From positions 994,001-1,058,000 of the forward strand of contig MU053933.1 of NCBI GenBank assembly GCA_013239625.1: a DNA stretch of 64,000 nucleotides, given 5' to 3'. Of this stretch, positions 49,000-63,127 are shown in pieces (the first letter of the stretch is position 1; each line of letters opens with the position of its first letter). The position numbers were made by a program, and so were the translations under genes. Source of the stretch: Lama guanicoe. Lineage: Eukaryota. Below the pieces are notes generated by a model that worked only from the letters and a program-made list of their open reading frames with translations, was not told the origin of the DNA and searched no databases.

Positions 49000-50245
49000 T
49001 TTTTTTTTAATTGAAGTACACTCAGTTTACAGTATTGCGTCCATATCTGATGTACAGCATGTTTCAGTCATACATACACATATATGCCTTTTAATACCCT
49101 TTTTCATGATAGGTCACTGTTAGATATTGAATATAGTTCCCAGTGCTGTATGGTAGAAACTTGTCGTTTACCTATTTTATATATATTAGTTAGTATCTGC
49201 AAATCTCAAACTTCCAATTTATCCCTTCCTACCCTACTTTGCCCCCTGGTAACCATAAGTTTGTTTCCTATGTCTGTGAGTCTGTTTCTGTTTTGTAAAT
49301 AAGTTCATTTGTGTCTCTTTTTTTCAGATTCCAAATATGACTGATATCATATGATATTTTTCTTTCTCTTTCTGGCTTACTTCACTTAGAATGATGATCT
49401 CCAGGTCCATCCATGTTGCTGTAAATGGAGTTATTTCATTCTTTTTTATGGCTGAGTAGTATTCCATTGTATAAACATACCACAACTTCTTTATCCAGTC
49501 ATCTACTCATGGACATTCAGGTTGTTTCCATGTCTTGGCTGTCGTAAATAGTGCTGCTATGAACACTGGGGAGCAAGTGTGTTTTATAATTATAGTTTTC
49601 ACCAGATATATGCCCAGGAGTGGGATTGCTGGATCATAGAGTAAGTCTATTTTTAGTTTTTTAAGGAGTCTCCATACTGTTTTCCATAGTGGCTGCACCA
49701 AACTACATCCCCACCAGCAGTGCAGGAGGGCTCCCTGTTCTCCACACCCTCTCCAGCATTTATTATTTGTAGACTTTTGAATGATGGCCATTCTGACTGG
49801 TGTGAGGTGATAACCTCATTGTAGTTTTGATTTGCATTTCTCTGATAATTAGTGATACTGAGCATCTTTTCATGTGCCTGTTGTCCATCTGGATGTCTTC
49901 CTTGGAGAAATGTCTATTTCGGTCTTCTGCCCATTTTTGGATTGGGTTGTTTGTTTTTTTCTTAAGTTGTATGAGTTGTTTACATATTCTGGAATTAAAC
50001 CTTTGTCAGTCACATCATTTGCAAATATGTTCTCCCATTCCATAGGTTGTCTTTTTGTTTTGCTTCTGGTTTCCTCTGCTGTGCAAAAGCTTGTAAGTTT
50101 AATTAGGTCCCATTTGTTTATTTTTGCTTTATTTCTATTGCCTGGGTGGACTGCCCTAGGAGAACATGGCTAAGGTTTATGTCAGAGAATGTTTTGCCTA
50201 TGTTTTCTTCTAGGAAGTTTATTGTGTCTTGTCTTATATTAAAGT
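49000..50245 (-). mobile_element. 5'-truncated L1 with a recognisable ORF2 Cys-rich C-terminus
   Basis: ORF 49507-49791 [41 protein letters not shown] matches L1 ORF2; poly-T at 49000. Confidence 0.93.
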
Positions 50246-50464
50246 TGTTTTTCCTTTTCAACTGTTGTAAGCGGTCTCTGCGCTGTGCCTGAGGTATAAA
50301 TATAAAGTCTTCTCAGATCTCTTGTGAGCCTTTCTCTGGATATACGCACTCACGTTCTGATTTTCCTTGTATATGCAGTTCCCTTCAAATGTCCAAGTCT
50401 TTAGTATCTAGTTCCCAAGAGGAAGAAGCAAAACAATGAAGGAGGAAAAAGAAAGGGTGCCAGA

Positions 50465-50618
50465 GGGGAGGGCACAGCTCAGGGGTAGAGCGTGTGCTTC
50501 GCATGCACAAGGTCTTAGGTTCAATTCCCAGGACCTCTGTTAAAAATAATATGATGATGATAATAATTAATAAATAAATCTAATTACTCCAAAATTTTTT
50601 AATTGATTAAAAAAAAAA
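50465..50618 (+). mobile_element. tRNA-derived SINE (Vic-1-like)
   Basis: acagctcaggggtagag..ggttcaattccc; TSD AAAGGGTGCCAG / AAAGGATGCCAG. Confidence 0.88.
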
Positions 50619-52845
50619 GGATGCCAGCCCTTTAAATCCCCTGGCGGTCACTCAGCCTGAGGAGGGGGCACCACGCCATGGCTCTTTGTTGCCCCTCCTC
50701 GTCTGCCCCTCTGTTGTCAGAAGCAGCAACCAGCCATCAGAGCACAGACCCCCTGCCTGGAGGACGGGGTCCCGTCTGCCCACTGTGACTCCCGCGGTCT
50801 GGGCCGGCGGCCCCAGGAGCCCCTGCCCGTGGTGAGCACCTACCAACTCACCTTGGGGTGGGGCTGGGGAGCTGCTCCTGTGTAAGAGCCGAATTTCACC
50901 AAAATTCACTGCAGCTTTCCACCCAGCCCTTCCCCCTTGAAGCTGCAAGGTGTCCACAGACCCCAGATTGAAACAGTTGCATCAGACAGACTCTGTTAGT
51001 GCGGACGTCCGGGGGGGTCAGATTTGGCCTTCCCGGTTCTGCCACCCTCCCAGAGTCCTCCCACATCATTCTCGGTGCCTCCTGCATCGGGGGCGGGGTG
51101 GAGGCGGCACCAGGCTCAGGGGCATCCAGACGAAGACAACCGTGCCTTGTCTCAAGGAGGGAGCAGCTGCACGAGGGAGGGGCTGGACTGGGGGCAGGAA
51201 AACCAGGGCGGCCCGGGGTCGGGCGCTGCAGCTGCGTCACCTGGGCCCGTCCCGAGTCTCGGGCCCCAGACCCAGAAAGTGTGACAATGGTGACGACTGA
51301 AAATTCAGCAGAACGGCCCGAGAACACCTCCCGTGGTGTCAGCAGGGCGGCAGTCCTCAGGCAATGTCCTCTTCTTCCCATCTCCATGGAAACAGCCCTC
51401 AGAGTCCTCAGCATCACTGTCCCCAAATCTGAAGATCTCAGAGGGGAAACCGTTTTCAAAATCAAGAGTCACCTCCCACGGTTGACTGCTCCAGCCACTG
51501 CGGTCCCAGGGACAGCTGTGCCCTGTGCCTGCCGGGGGCCGAGACAGGTCTGCCCGGTGTCGGGTAAAACTTAAGCAGGACTCCCAGAACATTTAAACGT
51601 GAAATGCTAATCCCCACACACCACGAGGCAAAACGAAAAGGCCAGGCACCAGTGAGGACGTAACGAGGGGATCCACGCAGATCAAGCTCAGAAACAGTGG
51701 AACAACACTCGGTGTCAGGATTCAGGGCTGCGGTCACTGGGGAGGGAGCCCAAGAAGACGGGAGGGGCCGCGGTGTCTCTGGCCCTGGGAGCCGACCACA
51801 TGGCTGGGCGGCACAACGGGGGCTCGTGTGTGCTGTGTGCCGCGCACCTAGGCAGGCCCTCTCCCCAGCAGGCTGGCAAAGTGACATTTTCAGTTAAAAA
51901 AGAAAAACAGAAAGCTGGTGGCAGGACTTGTCGGCCACAGGCCGTCTGTTCTGGACCAGAAGCCAAGAGCAGCGTGGCGAGCCTGCGGAACACCCACCAA
52001 GGTGTCGGCCAGCGGGCCGGGGGCTCTGTGATGCCCGCTGGCTCTGCCGTTGGAGGACAGGCAGACGGCCACGGATGCAGGAAGGACCAGGGCTCGGGTG
52101 CGGATCCAGGTACCAATCACACAGGCATGATGCGCTTTCAGACAGACGTAGACCAGACATCCAGTCCTTGAACGAGCGTCCTCTTCCGTCCCTGCTCGCT
52201 GCAGTCCAAATAAAGTGACAAGTGAGCCGGGAGCGGCCGCCCTGCCCCAGCCCTCTCTGCAGGTTACCGTTGGTTACCTGGCAGCTCCCACCTGGCTCCC
52301 CCAGCCTCATGCTTAGTAAGAGAAGCTCAGAAGAAGAGGCAGGGCGAGGAGGAGGGATGGTCTGTCCAAATGGGGTTCTCCGGCTGCGGGTCCGGGGCAC
52401 CTCTCAATACTTACTCTGACCCACACTTCCCTCCCCTCAACACGTGTAGATTAAGAGCCAGCTGAGAACTGCAGTATTAATACAAAAGCCTGTGTTCCTG
52501 ACCTGCTTTGGATCCTCAGAGCCTGGCACACAGTGGAGCCCAGTAATTCTTGCAGTGATTTAATAGCATCGTCTACAGTTTATAATCCTACGTATTGCAA
52601 TACATATACCACACACGTGTTTCTTACTCGATATCTCACGAGCTAGTATTTATCAAGGGCTTACTACGTGCCACGCACTGCTCTCCACAAGACACAGATG
52701 AATGAATATAAGCGGTTTCTTCTACATGTAATGTTCACACTCTTACCAAGCGGGCGTCCCCGTTACCCTCTGTGTGGACGAGACACGGCAGACGTCAGCT
52801 GTGACTCGCGGTCACAGTCGCTTCGCTAGTCTAAGCTTTCCTACA

Positions 52846-53092
52846 TTACGGGCTGAAGTTTGTGTCTCCCCACGGTTCACATGCTGAAATCCTTTTTTTT
52901 TTTTTTTGCATTCTTTTTACTGAAGCACAGTCAGTTTATAATGCTGTGTCGATTTCTGGTGTACAGCACTATGCTTCAGTCACACTGTGTGTTGAAATCT
53001 CAATGCCTGATGTGATGGTGTTAGGAGCTGGGGCCTTCGGGAGATGAGGTCATGAGGGTGGGGCCCCTGTGAATGGGATCCGTGCCCTTATC
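52846..53092 (+). mobile_element. MaLR LTR 5' part (MLT1A/MST-like) interrupted by an antisense L1 tail of about 90 bp (52892-52983)
   Basis: gggctgaagtttgtgtctcccc..atgctgaaatc [poly-T L1 tail] gtgttgaaatc..gtgatggtgttaggag; duplicated TGAAATC at the junctions. Confidence 0.7.
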
Positions 53093-54199
53093 ACCCACAG
53101 TGCAGTGGCTCTTGGGAACCCCCGTTTGCTCAGAAACAATCTGGATCCTCCAGTATTGTGAAGACTGCTTCCGAAGGCTCTCAAATGCTTGTTTGATGGT
53201 GACCACAAATGCAAATGCAAGCGACAGTGTGTCCTCACCAGCCGTGTGGGGTTTACTGTTGGGGATTTCCTGTGGGACAAGGCATCTTCCAGCCACGTCT
53301 CCAACTGGCCTCCCCCGCTGTGGTCCCTGCACCCCCGGACTCTCAGTGTTGCCACAGCCCTGGCCCCCACATCACCAGCAATGGGAGAACAGGAGCGGCC
53401 AGGCTGGAGTCAGAAGAGGCAGCGTATTTGCACAAGGGAGTTCTGTCCCTTTTCCCACAGGGTGAATCTGACTTGGTCACCTGCATCAGAGGCAAGAAAG
53501 GACAAAGGCCGCTGTGTGGGAGCGAGGCTCTCACTGCCCTCAGTGGAGGTGTGGCCCCTCCCAGGCCTGCCTGCCAACAGGGCACAGGACACCACCCCCT
53601 CCACCACTCTGCTGCCCTTGGGTGCTCTGCCGAGGCGGGGCAGCTGTCAGGACACGGAAGGGCGAGCAGAAGTCAGGTGCATGCATGTGCGTAAGTGAAC
53701 ACACACGCACACACGGCCGCAGCCTCTGAGTGAGGGATGGACTCACTGACCCTGGGCGGCAGGGCACAGAGGAGCAGAGTCCCCACCAGGGAAGGAGGGG
53801 GTTAGCCCTCCCCGAGCACCAGAGGGACTTAGAAAATTCTGAGGAAGGCACTTCAGGGTGAGGGACCCCTGGGGAGGGTTCCCAACGCCCTCTTGTTGGC
53901 TGGACCCATCAACCTCCCACGGGGTCCCACTTGCCCGGGTCCACACTTGGTGCTGGGGAGGCACCGACTGTCAGGGGCCCGAGGAAAGCCTGCGGGACGG
54001 AAGCTCTCTGCGGCTTGACGAGGATGACAGCGCAGGTGCACGCGTCGGGCAGCGCTCACCCAGCCGCTCCATGTAAATTAACCGTCTCCGCAAAATGCAA
54101 CCTGCGGCAGGAAGGGCAGGGGCGGGGCCCCTGCTCACCTGCCCCGGACGCTCCCCTGCCGTCCCCCGGCTCTGCCGGTCACTCCCATAGACACACCAA

Positions 54200-57100
54200 T
54201 GGGCCAAGTGCCTCCCCTGTTTCAAGTGTCCCCACTAACATCCTCTTCCAGTTCCAGGATCCCAGCCAGGCCCACGCTGCCCTGAACTGCCAGTCCCCAG
54301 TTGCTTCTGTGCTAAGGCGTCCCCGTTTGCTGTCCTTGGTGGCCGTGCCGCCTTCGCCAGGTCCCGGACGTTGTCCCTTTGCCTGGGCTTGTCCACCATT
54401 TCACGGGGTCACTCCTGTTGGCAGGAGCGCCACAGCCGAGACACCAGATGCTGCTCAGCGCGCCAGACCAGCGAGGACGCGGTGTCTGCACGCCTGGCTC
54501 AGGGGAGGCACGGCCATCGCCAGGCTAGGGTGGCACCTGCTGGGTTTCCCATCGTGAAGGTGCGGTTTCCCGTGGTAACGGACGAGTATCTTGGAGGAGG
54601 TACTTTGGAGCCGTGCAACCACCCTGCTGCTCCCCAAACTTCTGCCTCTGAACTGAGCCTCCATCGGTGGGTCTTGCTGTGGTGTTTGCCTAGTGGTGAC
54701 GTTGAGTTTCAGTCCTTCCTTTTACGTTTCTCCACTGGAACTCTTCTGGACGGAGGAACTGGCTCTCCTCCGCCATGTAGGTGTGTATTCAGTCGATGGC
54801 TTGGACCAGACGGGTCCGTGGCTATGTGTCTCACGCTCTGGGTTACTGTCCAGCTCAGTCACCATCTACTTAGTCGCTCAGAATGCCCCAGCTTTGGCCA
54901 CTGGGAATGCCTGCAGGTTGGGTCCTGGGTCCTTTCAACAAAGACCCCTCTTTTTTCAAGCAATTCCTTATTTTCTGGTTCCATGAGATGCCCCAGGCTC
55001 GGCTTCTATTTCCCTGCCACAGTCCTGGGATCAACCCCTCCTCCACGGATCCTGGTTTCTAATACTGGAGAATGGTGCTTAAAAATGGAGATCTGGGCGC
55101 GAAGGGAGCTCACTGGGACTGAGATGTCACTGTCTTTGAGCAACGAGAGCTAGAAACCGTGCGTAGACACGCTAACCCCAGCGCACACCCGCTTCTGTTC
55201 ATCTGTCTGAATATGTGTACATTGAAAACCATAGATTCGCCCCGATTCCTTGGATTCCAGCCCAAAGGAACCACCAGCCCCCTTTCCTTGTTGGTGACTT
55301 CTTTCTCCAACAGGGAGGACCCTGGCCTCCTACCCCGCTGTGTATTTACTTATTTGTTCAGTCCCAATGTGCACATAAAGTGATTCCAGTATTGCTGACC
55401 CACACCCCTGTGTGGAATGAATTTACTGTCTATTTTTTGAAGACTTCTCAGGGGGAAGTAATTAGGTTTATTTCTTTATTTTTAACAGAGGTACCGGCAA
55501 CTGAACCCAGGACCTTGTGCGTGCCAAGCACGCGCTCTGCTGCTGAGCTCCACCCTCCCCGCCGTGAATTTACGGTCTGAAGCACAGTATTTCGTCTGGG
55601 TCTTTTTGTCTTCAGACTTAACGGCCTTCTGGCAAAATTCTGTTCTCCAGAGAGACTTCATGCTGGCTCTCTCCTTCCCCAGCCCCTTCAGAGGCCGGTT
55701 ACTGACTGTACGGAAGTCAGGCTCATTTATTCCTGTTTGTACTGTCCCCCCCCACCCCCCGGGTGGCTTTCATGGCTTACGTGGGGGTGCGCTGCTATGG
55801 TTCTAAGAATGGGAGCTTTACAAACAAGCAGCCTTGGGCAGAAGTTGCTCCCACCTTCCCTCCCCCTCCCCACAGGTCACCGATCACTCTTCAGCTTCTG
55901 GTTTATCCTGTATTCCTTCTGCACAAAAGAGCAGATGCCTGTGTCTTGTCTTCCATCCCCATCTTTCTTACATGAAGGGAGCATGCTACAGTCACGTGTG
56001 TGCATGCTGTCCCTCCACGTGACAGTGTGTCCTGGCAATCACTCGTCTGTGCACAGAGGCCTTCTCCGTCCACGTCCCAGCTGCACAGGCTGGAGCCCGT
56101 GGGTGCACCCTCCCTGCGTGGGCACCTGCCCTGGCTCCAACATTCTGCAGTGACAAACCACGCTCAACGATGAACCTCACGGGCGTGTATTTGCATACTG
56201 TTGGACGTGTATCCCCAGGGTGGGTCCCGAGAAGGGGGAGGGGCAGCACACGAGTGCACACGCGGTGCTGCTGGTCACTGCCACACGCGCATCCCCTCCA
56301 GCGAAGTACGGGGGGCGGTTCCCGCTGAGTGTGTGTCATCGTTTTATTTAAGCTGCCGGCGGTCTGCTGAGTGAGACGTAGTATCTCATTGTTGTTCTGA
56401 TTTGCATTCTCTAGTTATGAGTGAGTCAGAGCATTTTTTTTCATGCTGTGGGAGTTATTTTCATTTCTCTTTTGTAAATTATTTGGGCACGACTTTTTCG
56501 CATTTCTCCATCTGGGTCTCGGTCCTTTGTCTCTCAACATTTGAAAGAGCTCTTTATATGATCAGGACATCACAAAGGGACAGAGAGCTCTTCACACGAC
56601 AGGGACATCACAAAGGGACAGACAGGGAGCTCTCTGTGGTCTGTGTTGCAAATATTTTCTCCCAGTTTGTCAGTTCAGTTTTTATGTGGTTTATGGTATT
56701 TTCTGTCGCGCAAAAACCTTTTATTTGTATGCAGTCACATTTATCCATCCTTTTCTCCTACTGCCTCTGGATTTTGAGTCACACATCGACCCTCCCTACA
56801 CAAAAGTTAACAAGGAACCCACCTGTGTTTCCATCACTTGCATGGTTTCATTTTTCGCTTCCTAACCTGTCAGAGGCCACTCCTGTGTGTGGAGTGAGAG
56901 AGGAATCTAATTTTCTTTTTCCGAATGGCAATCCAACTGTCCCAGCACATTTTCTTTAAAAAATTCATCTTTGCCCAGTGGCCTGAGACGCCACGCTCTC
57001 ACGCGTGGCCTCCACTTGAACTGGGGCTAATTCTGCACTTTCGCCGTCCCTTGCTCTGTGCTCACGAGCCTGCACCGCAGGGTCCTGACGACGGAGGCGT

Positions 57101-58330
57101 GGTGGTGAGTGTCACTGCTGGTCAGGTTAGTCCCCCTCAGTTTTCCTGGATATTTTTGTTTTTCCGTATGACCTTCAGTATCAACCCACCCGAACTCCAT
57201 AAAACAGCTAGTATCTTTACAGGACTGCTTTGAACTTATAAAGTCAGGGAGAACTGACATCCTTATAAAGCTGTCATTCCATCCAGAAGGAGAGATGTCT
57301 TTCCATGTGTTCAGGTCTGCTTTGGGGTCTTTCAAGACTACAGTGTTCATTGCAGAGGTCTGCATGTTTCTGGTTAAATTTATCCCTGAGCAACCTCTGA
57401 GGCAACTGTGAACGGAATTTCCTCTGCGGTGATTCGTTTACTGTCCACGTCTAGGAAGGCTACTGACTTCTTCGATGCTGGCTTTGTACCCAGCTACTTC
57501 ACTGAATTCTTTCTCTTGGAGTGTGGATGCCCTAGGCTTTTCCGGATGTGCTACCCCGTCATCTGCAAGCACAGCTGGGTGCGCTGCTTCTCTGCCAGCT
57601 GCCAGGCCCTCGACGGCGCCCCCTGTGAGGTGCCGCGCTGGACTGCAGGGGGCAGGGGGCGCTGTGCCGCGGCCCCGGTTTTACTGGGGCTGTCTCTGTC
57701 TCTTCATAAAGTAAGACAGTGGCCTCAGGCCCAGGGTGTACAAATATATATTCTTATGTCAAGAACGCATCCCTCAGATGGTTGCACACAACGTACTTAA
57801 CGTCAACGCACTTAAAAATGGCTAGAATGGCAGGCTGTATGTGTATTTTCACCCCCATTTTTCAAACACAGAAAGCACCGCTCAATCCCCGTTTTCTGCA
57901 GTGTGTTCACCGTGGATGCGGAGTTCTGCCCAAGGCTGGTCTCCATGGAGATGACGGGACGTCTTCCACCAGCAGGTTTCCAGCACCGAGCAGACCTGCA
58001 CGCTTAAAGCAAGCCCCGCCCGGTCGCTGTGCGCTGCTTCTGCAGCGCGGGGCTGGAGTCCGGCTGCGAGCGCCCGGCATTGCTGTACTGGTACTGATGA
58101 GGGACACCGGCACGCAGGCTTTCCCTCTGTAGCGTCTGCATCTGGCTTCAGCACCCAGCGTCATGTGAGCGTCACAGAGAACCAGGGAGCTTCCTTCCTC
58201 TCCTACGCTCCGGAACACTGGATGGCGCTCTGGGACTGTCTGGTCTTTCAAGTCTGGTGGAATTCCCTTGTGATCTCTGGGCCTGGGGTTTTCCTGGGGT
58301 GGGTATTTCCTTAATAACTTTCTCTGTTAA
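54200..58330 (-). mobile_element. Heavily degraded old L1 (L1MC-like) segments
   Basis: gtatctcattgttgttctgatttgcatt, gttgcaaatattttctcccagtttg, gggagaactgacatcctt, tctgggcctgggg; boundaries approximate. Confidence 0.6.
55432..55564 (-). mobile_element. tRNA-derived SINE (Vic-1-like) with a clear TSD
   Basis: Reverse of the SINE consensus; TSD TGAATTTACTGTCT (55418-55431) / TGAATTTACGGTCT (55565-55578). Confidence 0.9.
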
Positions 58331-59039
58331 ACTTACTTTTAACCTAGTTGCTCCCACTTAACCACATACAGTGAAGAGCTTTCCAACCAGGACCCACAAG
58401 AGAAAAGTCTCTTCCCACTGTGCTGGTAGCTTCGGGGTCTTTCCAATATTGAACTGTTATGGTTCAAAGCAAGCGTCACCCCAGGGGTCGACGGCAGAGG
58501 GGCCTGGAGCCCACGTGCTGTACCCAGTCTGGGCCTGGCAGGTTTCACTGGGCACGGGGCCAGCATGGGGGACCTGTCGTGTCTGCTCTCGGGGTCAGAC
58601 TCAGAGCTAGAGGACTGCAGGAAATCATCACCCTCAGTCAAGGGCACCGCCTGTGGGTTTGCTGTGCGAAACAAGCAGCTTGTGCCTAAGAGTATGAGGC
58701 AGCACGCTCGTGGCATGCTCCTAGGACCGTGTCACTGGAACATTCAGTCGTCAGAATCTTCTGTGAAAGGGGCAGACGCCCCTAGCTGGGTCACTATGAC
58801 AGGCATCTCGTGTCCTTTTGATTTCTCTGGCTAATGGTCTGAGCCACGAACCTCAAAGAACACGGAGCTAAGAGATGCTCGGCCCGGAGCCACAGGCTTC
58901 CAGGGTCTCCCCCTCCTGTCATCACCCCCACTGCGCAGAGCATCCTTGGGGGCGCGTGGGGGACGCGTTCCTGCCTCTCTAGACTCACTGGGCCCCTGAC
59001 GGGCTCTTCTCCCTCCAGACACCTCCCCGCTCCCATCAA

Positions 59040-59091
59040 GCCAGAAAAACCAAAACAAAACATCCAGAGGTGCCACGAATGCAGCTTTATT
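59040..59091 (-). terminator. Minus-strand poly(A) site, candidate distal WDR4 3' end
   Basis: AATAAA (tttatt 59086-59091) followed about 20 nt later by GATGTTTTGTTTTGGTTTTTCTGG, a U/GU-rich element. Confidence 0.55.
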
Positions 59092-60770
59092 ATTTGAGCT
59101 CTTTCATTTCTGTCATGGAATTGGAATCAGAAAAACACAACATACCCAGTGTTAGGCTTGTGATTTTCTGCTTCAAAAACTGGCAGATCTCACTATAAAT
59201 CTTAGAGTGAACGCCACCCTGCTCCCACGTCCTGGTGAAAAGCCAGGCTTGGGGGACAAAACTAAACAGCTTCTGACACGGGGATCGCAGTCTCCCCACA
59301 CGAGTGCCTCCCCACCAGCCTCCCGCCCTGCATCAGGGGGCCGCCCCATTCTCCGCCCGATGCTGTCACCTCTTCCAGAACAAGCCATTCCAAAGGGGTG
59401 CGGGGTGGAGAAAACCCTTCCAAGGCCAGGACAATACCCTAGATCACAAGCAAAGCAACGAATACATCTGATTGCCAGAAAGGTCACATGACAAAGAAAG
59501 CCTCTAGAAAGCCAAAAGTCAAACCGGAAAGATGCTCAATCCACATGGCAGGGGAGAACAGAAAGCTCAGCTGCAAGTCAGTCCACCCCCTCCAGGAAAC
59601 ACTGCCAAGCCACCGGGCCAGGACACTCACAGGCAGTTTAGACAAGAGGTCACTGTGCCTCCCTTGTCACAAGACAAACGGGACTCAGCTGCAGACCACG
59701 GGGAGCCTGGGGGTCCAGATACCCGCCCCCAGGGCCAACCAGACGCCAGGCAGCATGGGCCTGAGGACCTGTGCCTGGAAGCAATTCTCCGAAGGCGCAG
59801 GAAGGGAGGCCCCAACGCAGTGGAGATGGAAACTGGAATTCAGAGGCAAGGCGGCTCGAATCTGGGACAGAGGACCTGTAAAGAGGGAGCTGCACAGCTC
59901 AGGGGATCTGCCGGGGGCCCTCTAGGGTCTTGGATCAAACACCAACCTGCACGTGTGGGAGGAACCCCATGCACATCACATGAGTGACTTTTGAGGAAAG
60001 AACCATTCCCAGGCCCCCGGGGATGAGCTGGGTCCCCGAGGCCAGCCCACGTGGGGAGAGGTCACGAATACACAGCATGCTCAGCGCGGGCCCTGGGGGG
60101 GCCAACCTCGGAAGTGGGAGCGCGCCATCCCTCCCAGGGCCAGTCCAGAGCCGCCCCAATGAGCTCAAAGCCCGACCTCGAAAGGTGGACTTGACCCACA
60201 GCAGCTAAACTGCTGCCAGGGACAGAGCGGCATTCTTTCAAGGGACATCGTGAAACTCAGCGCTCAACCGTGAAAACGTCACAATGCTGGGCACCCAGCA
60301 CATTTTCTAGACATACTCAGTAGCGGAAAGACGTGGCCGTGAGCAGAAGATCAGTCAACAGAAGCAGCAGGAATGAAGAAGACGGAATTAACACAAAGGA
60401 AAACAATCATTCTAAGGACGCACCAGATGCTCAAGGGTTTTTTTTAACAAGTACGATGAGAAGAGGAGCAGAAGACACCTGTGTAAAAGGACAAAATGAA
60501 TTTCATAGAGACGAGAAACACAGTTATCTGATCACAGAAAATACTCAGCCTTGGGTTAACAGCGGCGCAGACAGCACCGGGCATCAGGGGCCGTGAAGCA
60601 GCGGGAAGAACCCACCCAAAACGAAGCCCGAGCAGGAAAGAACCCAGGGTGGGGGCAGAGGCTGCTGGCCGGGGGCCCGTCCAGCGGCCTGACACACAAG
60701 CACCGGGACTGCGGAGGCGAGGAGAGAAGGCGCCAGGGAGAAACCCGAAGAAGTAACAGCTGGAAACTTC

Positions 60771-60946
60771 CAAATTCAATTAAAAAAAAAAAAAAACTAA
60801 ATGCACAGATCTAAGAAACACAAGAAACCCTAAAAGGACACACACACCCCTCCCAAAGACAAATTCAATTAAAAAAAAAAAAAACTAAATGCACAGATCT
60901 AAGAAACACAAGAGACCCTAAAAGGACACACACACCCCTCCCAAAG
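60771..60946. repeat. Tandem duplication of about 89 bp within an L1 ORF1-like relic
   Basis: caaattcaatt(A15/A14)ctaaatgcacagatctaagaaacacaag..cccctcccaaag occurs twice, at 60771 and 60860. Confidence 0.93.
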
Positions 60947-61660
60947 CATATCATGATCAAACGACGGACAACCAGTGACGGGCAGGGAAGCCTTAAACCC
61001 CAGGAAGAGAGACGCGTTACGTGCAGCGGGGGGAAGCGTGCATCTGTCAAGGGAGAGAAACCACACGGATAACTTAAGGGGGAAAAACTGAATAGGAAGA
61101 ATTATTAAATAGCAACAGGGGATGGTCCACTAAGATATGGACAACTTTAAAGAACAGAGGAATCTCAGGTCTGGGAGTACCCCGAATTCCTCGGACGGAG
61201 CAGCCCCGAGACGCTGCAGCCAAAACAAGGCGCTCACTCAGCTGAGATCTGTCAAGGCCCGTTGATGGAAGGACTGATCCCAGAGGCGTGGACAGGGTTT
61301 GGGGACCAAGAAAAAGCCATTTCTGCCCCTGGGGCTGGAGCCAGAGGCACCCCCCACCCCCCCAGAGGCGGCAGCCCTGCAGGAAGGTGCTGCTGGGCTC
61401 CGGGACCGACTAAGCCCCCAGGAGCAGAGGCATCCGCCTCCCAGTCAGGTGCAAGAGGACCGCCTCCCACACCCCTCAGTGCCCCTCTGCCGCCCTCCCA
61501 ACGCCCGCAGGGTGGGGATGACCACGGGCGCAGGGTTTCAAAGAGCCCCGCTCCCCCTGCCCCCAGGGAACACAATGAACGAGGTGAGGAAGAAGGTCCA
61601 AGGAGAGAGAAGCTAACCAGTTCATCTGAAACACCACACGGATTTTTAAAAGATCTTAAA

Positions 61661-61973
61661 TCGGGATTGACACACTTTTCTGTAAAGGGCCGGACTGTGC
61701 AGGCCATCCGGTCTCCCTGGCAACCACCCCACTCGGCCGCTACAGCCCGACACCGACACTGACCCCCCAATCGAGCAGGCCTGGTCGTGTCCCAGTAAAA
61801 ATTTATTTATGGACACTGGAACTTAAATTGCGTATGATTTTCACATATCTTGAAATATTGTTTTTCTTTTGATATTTTCTAACCATTTAAACACGTAAAA
61901 ACCATGCTCAGCTCAAAGCACAGAAAATCAGGCCACAGGCAGGATCTGGCCAGCAGGCCAGTTTGCCGACCTC
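61661..61973 (+). mobile_element. MER58B-like hAT-Charlie DNA transposon relic
   Basis: acttttctgtaaagggcc start, tttatttatggacactg and aaccatttaaa..gtaaaaaccat middle, gtttgccgacc end. Confidence 0.8.
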
Positions 61974-63127
61974 AATCTTAGACCAAGTCACCATCAAGAA
62001 CAAACCCAATTTTCTCCTAAAACCAAGCAGATCCTTACTGAAAGCACGCCCTGCGCCTGGTGCAGCGCTGACGAGGTCAGGCTCCTCTACGCGGACCTTG
62101 GCCAGGTCGCCCCCACGTGGCTCTGGGCACCCCATTCTGTCCCAGGCCCACCCCCCGTTCCTGGACTTTTCTGTCCAATCGGCCCCCGGCCTGGGGCGGC
62201 CCGGATGCCCCTGTGGGAAGCAGCCCTCAGCAGCTCACGAACAGCTCTGTTTTCAGATCAGTGTTTAAAGTAAAACAAGGCACTTAGGAAAAATATGAAG
62301 CATCCAGCTTTTGATACACAAAACGATTTGTTTCCAAGCGCCGTGGGAAAGCCCACACCAAAACAGTATCTTCAAATCAAAAAGCGAATGTTTCAGTCAC
62401 ACACAGTACACTCATCAAACACTGTTTTGCTCGATGTATTTCGGAATTAGTTCCACGTGTCGCTGCTAAACTTCCAGAAGCTGCGGAAAAGCTCATCTTT
62501 ATGATCAGTGATTAGACTTCAGCTGACACGGCCGCTCTCCAACACACGAACAAGTTCAAATCAACATCACGAACACACACATCGCCCATCCTCTCCCCGT
62601 AGAGCACGCATCCAGCCAGGACTCCCCCGTCCTCACACGTCCGCAGACAAGCCCACTGTTTCCACGACGTCCCTAGGGGGCACCTGAGCTATTTAACTCC
62701 TCTGAGGTCTCAACATGGAGGCCCAAGGCGAGGGGCTGCCTGCTGGGCGGTGTGGAGGACCACCGGCAGACGAGGAGACAGGAGTACATGCTCCCCCATG
62801 CTGCTGTGAAGCGGGCGCGGCCGGCATGGGAGGTGCTGCGGGACGAGCGGGAGGGATGGGGGCCACGACCAGGGGTGACATCCCTCCAGCGCGAAGGGAA
62901 GGGGCTCTGTCCGAGGCACTTCCGGCTCACAGGGAGCATCTCCAGTTCAGCTGACACACGGCACGACTTCCTTCAGCCAGAGGGGCTCAGGACTCAGGCA
63001 GAAGAGCCTCTGCTCGGTAACAGCGTTCTAGAGCCCAGGTGACGGCCCCCGGGCGCGGGCTGAGGGCAGGACTGCCCTGCCCCCGGGCCCTCCACGGCTG
63101 CGCGCTGTCTCGGGTGCCGCCCGGCCT

